A stretch of 64,000 nucleotides of DNA from positions 744,001 to 808,000 of the forward strand of contig OX337232.1 in the NCBI GenBank assembly GCA_946965045.2. Reading direction: 5' to 3'. Of this stretch, positions 56,357 to 64,000 are shown one piece after another. Made by a program: the position numbers and the translations under genes. How positions within the stretch are numbered: position 1 is the first letter of the stretch; the number at the start of each line of letters is the position of its first letter. The stretch comes from Epithemia pelagica (taxonomy: Eukaryota > Protista > Bacillariophyta). The notes under the pieces were generated by a model. That model was not told where the DNA came from. It ran no database searches and saw only the letters and a list, made by a program, of their open reading frames with translations.

Positions 56357-57417
56357 ATGTCCCTTGATGCAGCATGCCAAAAGCTGGACATTTTCCGCGA
56401 CCATGAGGAACGAGAAACATTCCTTCGACGGCTTCGTCGAGCTCGCAAAGTACCAATGCACCAGAACTCCCCGTATGAATTCTTTGAAGATGCCATTCAC
56501 TTGTGGTATGGAGAGGAGGACTTTCCCTACACGGTGGAGAAACTCACACCCCTGGCGGACCAGGGTTCCGTCACGGCAAGGGGATGTTGGAGAGTGCCCT
56601 CCTCTGTCTAGTTGGGCGGCAAGCACTTTATGACCGAGATTATGAGAGGGTTGCCAAGGCCTTTGCACAAGCCTACCGCAAAAATAGTTTGGTTGTCTTG
56701 TGGAGTCCAGAACCAAGGGCAGCTACCATGGTCGCAATGGAGTCTCTCTACCAAAACACATTGCTCTCCCCCAAAGTTCGCGCGGACGCTCTCTTTGTGC
56801 ATGCCAATTTGAAGTTTGCCCTGGGGGACTATCCAGGTGGCATACAGGAGGTTCGTTTGGCCATTCACTTGTTACCAAACGATGCCGAATTTTATGCCAC
56901 ACTGGGTTGTATCTACGCAATGCAATGGAAGGCCGCTGCGGCGCTTGCAGCATTTGAGCAATGTCGCAATCTCGGCTGTGATGACGTTGAACACACCTTG
57001 TTCCATCGAGGTATTTTGTCAATCAAGGATTCCGACATGCTTCTACTTCTAGAAGAGTACGTGAAACGAGCGGAACCGGATGGACGAAAACTACCGGAAG
57101 CATGTTATCGACTTGCCATTTTGTATGGATTCAAGGGCCCCGCATATCTTGGTAAGGCTCGACGTTTTTATGACATGGGTCAAACAGCCGACAAGAATCG
57201 TTTGCCAGTCTTTCGTGACGAGTCCTCGCAACATCGGATCAGAGCTCGCACGTTGTTGAAACGATACAAACCGTGTGGGAACCCGCAGTGCGACCAAGTG
57301 GGAACCATGGACTGCTCGTCTTGTCACACTGTAGCCTATTGTAGCTCAGATTGTCAAAGAAAGCATTGGAAAGTCCACAAGAAGACCTGTCGTCATCAAC
57401 GCCGAGAACCCGTATGA
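56357..57417 (+). CDS. TPR + MYND zinc-finger protein with an apparent frameshift near 56580
   Basis: TPR-like helices (ALFVHANLKFALGDY...AEFYATLGCIY) and C-terminal CGNPQC...CSSCHTVAYCSSDCQRKHWKVHKKTC. The two ORFs join across a G run. Confidence 0.75.
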
Positions 57418-58033
57418 ACAAAACAGTACGTGGCGGTCTCCCTCCTAGTTCCTTCGCCAGACATGATAGTAGTATGGATTCCTACTAGAGCTGTATGACT
57501 TGTGCATTCCTTCACTGGCTGTGGAAGTTAACTTCCGATAATGGTTCTCGTCCCCTTTTTCTGAAATGGTGAGGACCACGGCCATCCGCTCATAGTTCTC
57601 TTTAGTACTTTAGTATCATGTCATTCATAGAGAGACATAAAATGCATGAGCTGGGTTCAATAGAAGACGTAGTCATTTATCTTGAATACGAAAGAGTCGG
57701 GATCTAGAGAGAAGATGTTTTGTGGTCCTCCTTTTCGATTTACTCCTAGGAGTACTCCTAAAGAGGGCAAAAGCTATCCCTTCCCATTCCCATCCGCTTA
57801 CCTAGCGGTGTCGAGGGGCCCCCTTCTTTGTGGCTCTTCGACCGTCGGCCCCATCGTGAACACCAAACGAGGGGAGGCGAGATGCGAACCCGGGGGCGAG
57901 AGATCCGTGTCAAACCCAACAAAGATCCATCCATCCATCAAAGTGACGACATTCCCTCTCTCCACTCCAAAAACGAGAATATCTTTTTCGAATAGCAGCC
58001 GCAAGAGAAACACAACAACAACATCGACGCAAC

Positions 58034-59338
58034 ATGACGACGCAATCGAATAAAGTCAATGTCTTGATGGTGGGTACAGGCGAGTATACGACAGGCTATG
58101 TGGGTGGCACAGCGGCCGATTCGGACAAGGGTGCCGGTGTGGTGGCCTTGACCATGTTTGATTTACGGCGGCGTCAAACGGTGGACCGGATTGCCATGTG
58201 TGGTGTCAATGGCAAAAAGTTTCCCGGTATTCGTCAACACATGCAAACGCAAATTGGGAACGTGTACAAGGATATGGATTTGACCTGTGAGACCTTTCCA
58301 GCCGATGATCAAGTGGATCCCAAGGCCTATGAAACGGCCATTTCCTCCTTTACGGCCGGGGATGTCGCTGTGATTTTTACACCCGACGATACGCATTATG
58401 ACATTGCTTTGAAATGTATTCAACATGGCATGCATGTCATGGTAACCAAACCCATTGTGCAAACCTTGGAACATCATTTGGCCTTGAGTGAAGCAGCCCA
58501 AAAACACAATGTCTTGGTGGCAGTCGAAGTCCACAAACGATTGGATCCCTTTTACGCCGATGCTCGGGATCGAGCCCGATCCAGTAATGTCAAGACGGGG
58601 TTGGGTGATTTTCAATATCTCTATGCCTACATGTCTCAACCCAAACATCAACTGGATACCTTCAAGGCATGGGCTGGCAAGTCCAGTGATATTTCCTATT
58701 ATCTCAATTCCCATCATGTCGATTGGTCCGAATGGACCCTGGCCGGTAAGGCACGACCTATTCGTGTCACAGGCACCGGCAGTACCGGTGTCGCACACGA
58801 ACGAGAAATGGAAACAGAAGATTCCATTACCTTGACGGTCCAATGGCAAAATTTGAATGCTACCAAATCCTTGGGATGCGCCATTTATACCAGTTCATGG
58901 GTCGCCCCCAAATCCGATGTCCATTCGCAACAACGCTTCTTTTACATGGGCAGTCGTGGCGAAGTCAATGTCGATCAAGCGCATCGAGGATGTTCCGTGT
59001 CCACCGATACCGGAGGCTTTGGAAGTGTCAATCCACTCTTTATGAAATATACACCCTCCGATCATCAACAATTTGCCGGACAAGATAGTTATGGATACAA
59101 GAGTTTCGACAAATTTTTGCAGGCCTGTCAAGCCGTCAATGCTGGAACCAAGAAACCGAGTGATTTCAACGATGGATCCTTGGCCACGGTCCATACCACC
59201 TTGCAAGGGACCGCTATTTTGGAAGCCGGACGCCAAAGTTTGGATGCCAACGGTCAACCCATGGATATCCTCTATGCCTCCGAAACCGACACGGAACCCA
59301 TGGCCATTGCTCCGCACAACTTTTCTTCTTCGGCCTAG
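58034..59338 (+). CDS. Gfo/Idh/MocA-family NAD(P)-dependent oxidoreductase
   Basis: VLMVGTGEY Rossmann start, [32 protein letters not shown]. Confidence 0.9.
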   Translation: MTTQSNKVNVLMVGTGEYTTGYVGGTAADSDKGAGVVALTMFDLRRRQTVDRIAMCGVNGKKFPGIRQHMQTQIGNVYKDMDLTCETFPADDQVDPKAYETAISSFTAGDVAVIFTPDDTHYDIALKCIQHGMHVMVTKPIVQTLEHHLALSEAAQKHNVLVAVEVHKRLDPFYADARDRARSSNVKTGLGDFQYLYAYMSQPKHQLDTFKAWAGKSSDISYYLNSHHVDWSEWTLAGKARPIRVTGTGSTGVAHEREMETEDSITLTVQWQNLNATKSLGCAIYTSSWVAPKSDVHSQQRFFYMGSRGEVNVDQAHRGCSVSTDTGGFGSVNPLFMKYTPSDHQQFAGQDSYGYKSFDKFLQACQAVNAGTKKPSDFNDGSLATVHTTLQGTAILEAGRQSLDANGQPMDILYASETDTEPMAIAPHNFSSSA

Positions 59339-59870
59339 TGGTAGGAGGGCGCATCACAATAATCTATTCCTTGTACTCGAACAACATGCCCTGCTCTATA
59401 TCGAAAGAACATGATATTGTCCTTGCAACATAGGTTACCAAAAAGCATAGGAACTTTAGTTTTCAAACAAAAAAAGAACCCAGTAATCACTTTTTAAATA
59501 AAGTATAAACATGTCTATGGGGAAAACACAACAAGCCCAGATTGTATAGAGTGGATGACCCTCTTTTGTGTGAATCTTGCCCCTTCCGGCGTAAAGAACT
59601 GTGTGGACAATGAACCGCATCCGTTCGACTTTTGCGCTCCCGTATCGTGATACAAAACAGCCCATATCCAGTATCGACCATTTTTTGAGGTAGAACCAAC
59701 TCCGATATGGATACAAAAATGTCCAATTCGATTGCTGATACAAGGCAAGCACAAAAGAGGATACGACCAACACATCTGATTTCATTCCTGCTCTCGTCAC
59801 AAAATGAATACAAAAGCTCCCATGCACCTCAGGGTTGCATATTTCTGTCGAAATTGACTCTGGCAAATTG

Positions 59871-60593
59871 CTACGACACGATGCGAATCATGGTGGATCG
59901 AATGAGATCCAAAATTTCGTCCACGGCTGCTTCAGGGAATCGGGAAAGTGAGGGAATCAAGGCAATGGCTTCTTCCACCAAGGTATCGGTAGCAACCAAA
60001 TTCATCAAGGCTGCAACTTCGGCACCGTGCAGCTCCAATTCTTCTCCATCGTCCGTTTCTTTTCGAAAGGTCGTCAATGCGCTGTGAAACAACAAATATC
60101 AAAAAGGTCACGAAAAAGGAAAAACATTGCTTTAGAGGTTTTTTCTTCCAAACTCTCGTTATCTCTCGGTCACTCAATGAGATGGATGATCTACTTACTC
60201 TTGCAAGTTATCCAATTCATCGACCAATTCTTGATGTTCCTTTTCCGGATTGGTCATGGAATTGAATCGATTTACATAGCGTTGTGTTTTGCGATAGACT
60301 TCATTCAACTCTTCGTCACGCGTGACAGCCGAATTGGCCGAGACTTGTAGAATGACAGCCACTTGCGCGTTACTCAATACGTGAATATCTCCAAATTCCG
60401 GACCAAATTGCAATTCAGCGACATTTTCTTGCACCGCCGAAGCCGCCGCCGCGGCAGCCGCTGCATTGGAAGTCGTGGCTGCTACAGCTCCGCCACCCGA
60501 TACCATAGATCCCGTTCCTCCACCAGGAGCACCGCCTCCCGTGGAAGAAGCAGTTCCATTTGCAGCGCCATTGGTCATGGATGCATCCACCAT
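59871..60593 (-). CDS. RPB4: RNA polymerase II subunit RPB4 (exons 60593-60199 and 60081-59871)
   Basis: ELQFGPEFGDIHVLSNAQVAVIL, YRKTQRYVNRF, EVAALMNL...EEAIALIPSLSRF; gtaagt...cacag intron in frame. Confidence 0.88.
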
Positions 60594-61526
60594 GTTTGTC
60601 TTTGAGACGGAGGGTCGACCGTGTGGTCCGTCTGTCGATGGCACGTCGTCCGTCCATCGCCAGTCCAAGATGCGACGCAAAAGCGATCTGGACAATCGCG
60701 AGGAGGAGTCCCGCCATGATCCTCGCTTCACATTTTGTGTGGAGCCGGGCGCGTCGGTCGACGTTACCCTAGCGGGTGCGCGCGGCAGCGTTAAAATAGA
60801 TTGTGTCTCTTTCGACCAAAACATGGCGGGATCAAAATCGACCCCAGCTTCACGCAATCGTGAAATGCATGCCTCTTCCAGAGTTGGACCAGTGCACCAT
60901 AAACTGTTGTACTCCACCTTTGTTGGAGAAGAAAGCACAACAGGAGAAAGCCCTTGGTCCTGATCTTGAACAAACCCCGACTACGACAACTACGATGAAT
61001 AGCGACTTCAGAACGTCGATCGTAGAATCGCTGGTTGTGGACCATGCCAATTACCGGTGCGCCCTCCAAGTTCGAAGTTGCCTTGACGGATATCAATGCA
61101 AAATATCTGGCGGTTCACTCCATCTCCCTTTTTTGAAGTACAGTACCTTTCTCACTTGCCGTAGGACGCAGAACTTTGCGGTACATGACGAGAAAAGTCA
61201 ACAAGTGATTCCTATCCCTCGTCGAGCAGTTCCATTGCTTCTTGTGGGCATTGTTCTCTCGTGTGGACACTAGTTCCCCGTACCCCCTTGTGTCCAAGCA
61301 GACGATGGAAACATTTTTCGGCGGACGAAATGATGATGCTGGAAACTCCGTACCGAATTGCGTGAATGCGGAAAAGCTTTCGGGAAATCCCATTGAGTTC
61401 CGCATGTCAGACGCTCGTTGTGGAATGGGGGAGGACGGAACATGCTTGTCAATAATAGATAAGACGACTCCTCATGGAGACATGTAACAGTGCGGAACGA
61501 ACACCGTGTCACTGGTAACTACAGAC

Positions 61527-62790
61527 TTAGAAAAGTTGATCCATAACAATTCGATTGCGAGGTTCGGCTCGTTCTTCAAAGGATGGTCGATTGTGGAGGA
61601 GCAGCAAGTCGTCCGTAGCTGCAGTCGACCGACTAGAGTGGGGTACGGATACTCGTTTCGTGGGCGGCGAGGACAAGAGAACGGGTGGGGGCAACGACAG
61701 GGTCGTCGTCATCGTCGTCGTGGTTGTGGGACTGGTTTCGGTCCGGGACATCCACTCCGCCAATGGAGTACTGGTTGTAGGCTTGATGCGAAACACATTT
61801 TGCTGTTGCATGTGTCGTGTGGGACTGCTCGTGAGCGTTTTCTCCAGCGATGGTTTGAGCGCCAAGAGACTGTCGTCGTCTCTTCTTCGGTCCGTGTTTG
61901 CGCCAGGGACAAGGACGGCGAGGACGACGACGAGGTATGAACAGTCGTGGGCACCGTGGTGGAATCGAGTGGTTTTTGGCGCACCAACACCAATTGCTGT
62001 TGCAACTCGGACGCTGTTTCGTCAATTGTTGCAATTGAGTTTCATAGTCTTGAACGCGTTCGTGCATGATTTGTCGCATCATGGCCGTTCCAAGCTGCCT
62101 CGTTCTTGCAATTGTTGCACTTGCAATTCTTGTTGTTGGTACAAGGAGACTTGCAAGGCAGCCATTTGACCATGCAACTCTTGAATGATCATTTACAATC
62201 TTGTTTCCACGAGCGCTTCGTGTTTCTGCAGACCTTGTTCGAACGACGAGACATGCCAGTGCGTGGCAACAAATTCAATGGTACGGTCCTCCTCGTTCCA
62301 CGTGTGTTGTTGACGTCGTGGTTGTTATTGTTGCAATTGTTTGACTTGGTGTTGCAATTCCTCCACTTGGTGTCGATATTGTTGGGATTCGTGGAGCAAG
62401 TGCGTCAACAGTGTGGACCACACCGCGGAGTGTGTCGTCGTTTCGAGTCCGGTTTGGTCGGGTGTAGCAGCATCCGTGGGCAATACTGGTGATTGTGTAT
62501 TAACCACTACAACCTGAGCTACTGGTTCCTCCATCGCACCATCACTGTCCGTCGATTCGTCCTAGTCGTCGTTGGGGCAACTCGCGTCCAACTCATTGTC
62601 ATCGTCGTCGTCTGATAGTGGTAGAGATGCGTGTGACTCAGTGGGGGACTGGAATCGCTCGTTGTCGACAGTGAATCGTCCAAACAAGTATGAGCTTTCT
62701 GTTCGTCGTTCTCGTGATGTAACACATCCTTGTCATCTGGGGAATCGCCCAACAGATGTGGTCGTGGTTGCTAGAGGCAGTGATACCATG
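61527..62790 (-). pseudogene. Degraded Gln-rich coiled-coil gene
   Basis: In-frame TAA at 62325-62327 and 62193-62195, plus frameshifts near 62085 and ~62000, break a continuous coiled-coil-like reading (EELQHQVKQLQQ*...RL*MIIQELHGQMAALQ...). Confidence 0.55.
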
Positions 62791-63085
62791 AAGTCCATAA
62801 CTGAAACAAAGGGAACAGAGCTTGTTGGTGTTGTGCTATTACTTTAGTTGGCGTTGGGCGCGTTCCACGACAGGCAGGTTCGTCAAAGTGCCCACATTCT
62901 AGAACCGCATCTCCATGATGCAATGTAATACCACCCAACAAAGTGCTGTGCTTCAGTTCTTTGCACTACTCGTTATATATCTTCTATCGTCGTATTCAGT
63001 TGGAGACCAACGCGAACATTCCCATAATTTCCGGTCGGCTCGTCCCAAACCCCATTTGTAGTCCCACGTGCTCGACGTACGACTT

Positions 63086-63514
63086 TTACGTCAACCAAGG
63101 TAAAGAATTTCCCTGTTCGGCAACCGTCTGCTTCTTGAGCCAAGCGACAGCCCCGTCATTCAATAAATTACTGCGTTGATGGGTAGATAAGCTTTTAGCA
63201 GTCACACCTTTCTTTGCATCAATCAATATTTGTATTTCATGTTTTTTCTTTTCGTTATTTGTCTCCAGTTTCTTGAGTTCCAGTTGAAAGATTTCTTCAC
63301 TTTCTTTCAAGCTGGTTTGAAAGATTTTTTGGTCTTCCATGCGCATAGTATCCATCTTGTTGTTCGCCACATATGCAATGACTAAAGGTACAAGAGCAGA
63401 AATTGCAACAGAAATCGCAGCAATAGTATTTGCAGTGTCAGCTTTGTCCAGAGACTTTTGGGCTGCATCGACATTGGCCACTAGGAGTTCTTTCGTGAAA
63501 AAGCCGTCCGACAT
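63086..63514 (-). CDS. Small protein (142 aa) with a hydrophobic segment and coiled-coil
   Basis: ATG at 63514; MSDGFFTKELLVANVDAAQKSLDKADTANTIAAISVAISALVPLVIAYV...ELKKLETNNEKKKHEIQILIDAKK. Confidence 0.5.
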   Translation of the reverse strand: MSDGFFTKELLVANVDAAQKSLDKADTANTIAAISVAISALVPLVIAYVANNKMDTMRMEDQKIFQTSLKESEEIFQLELKKLETNNEKKKHEIQILIDAKKGVTAKSLSTHQRSNLLNDGAVAWLKKQTVAEQGNSLPWLT

Positions 63515-63596
63515 GAACACTAAGGAACTCCAAGTCGCCAATGTCGAGGCAGCCCAAAAGTCTCTCGACAAAGCTGACACTGCAAATACTATTGCT
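63419..63596. repeat. Long inverted repeat / hairpin: 72-bp arms, 4 mismatches, 34-nt spacer
   Basis: 63419-63490 is the reverse complement of 63525-63596; the outermost 30 bp are a perfect match. Confidence 0.95.
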
Positions 63597-64000
63597 ATGT
63601 TGTGAGTTGTGAGCTTGCGAACCGTGGATTTTTGTGAGTTGTAAGCATTCGAACATGGAAGCTTTTCCCTTGATGCTCTCTATTCAGTCCATTTGCGAGC
63701 AAAACCACTTAGATGGACGACCTGCAGAAAGTTGCCTTTGAAGAAAGAAGAACGGCAAATAGCAAGCTTCCCAACAGGCAACACCATTTGCTTGTCATCT
63801 TGTTGAAGAGGGGACACAAACAATTCAATTGATCAGAAACGCTTTTTAAATTTGCACGGCGACTCATGGCAACAAAGTAACTCTCACGACAATGAAGGAG
63901 AGAGGACCAGTGGGTTTGGCAACAGTTGGTGGTTCAGTCAAGATTTCTGCGCGACCAAAAATGAATGGTGATAAGCGAGGGTGGTGGTCCGCACGTCGCA

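Noticed and set aside
56570-56590. Programmed frameshift or pseudogenisation in the TPR-MYND gene (and the similar G-run shift at ~29020)
   Set aside because: Single-base losses in G homopolymers are typical long-read errors, and no slippery heptamer plus stimulatory structure was seen.
60803-61500. Possible gene divergent from RPB4
   Set aside because: Only short ORFs without recognisable motifs or a supportable splice model were found.
1-64000. tRNA, rRNA or snRNA genes
   Set aside because: No cloverleaf or rRNA signature was recognised by eye; tRNAscan-SE or Infernal would be needed to exclude them.

Overview
This is gene-dense eukaryotic DNA, most likely from a diatom or related stramenopile alga. 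The evidence is GT-AG introns, signal-peptide plus ASAFAP-like plastid targeting, and an algal-type NADPH oxidase. Conserved genes include RadA/Sms, NOX/ferric reductase, Sec24, a PHO84-like MFS transporter, the ATX1 copper chaperone, an ABHD hydrolase, RPS27, an mTERF protein, a Gfo/Idh/MocA oxidoreductase and RPB4. Between them lie accessory cassettes. The best candidate for an undescribed system is a family of genes fusing a PD-(D/E)xK-like nuclease to a protein kinase, an architecture resembling Crinkler/CR effectors. It has three copies here. One is intact and sits between ~160-bp direct repeats of the RadA 5' coding sequence. The other two are disrupted and form a ~3.4-kb inverted duplication around an ~11-kb spacer that contains RPS27 and mTERF. 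A coiled-coil plus HNH-like nuclease gene sits similarly between 26-bp direct repeats in a divergent promoter region. The window also has a TIR-domain gene, a 72-bp-arm hairpin made from inverted coding paralogues, and several pseudogenes. All domain calls come from reading motifs by eye; no database searches were run.
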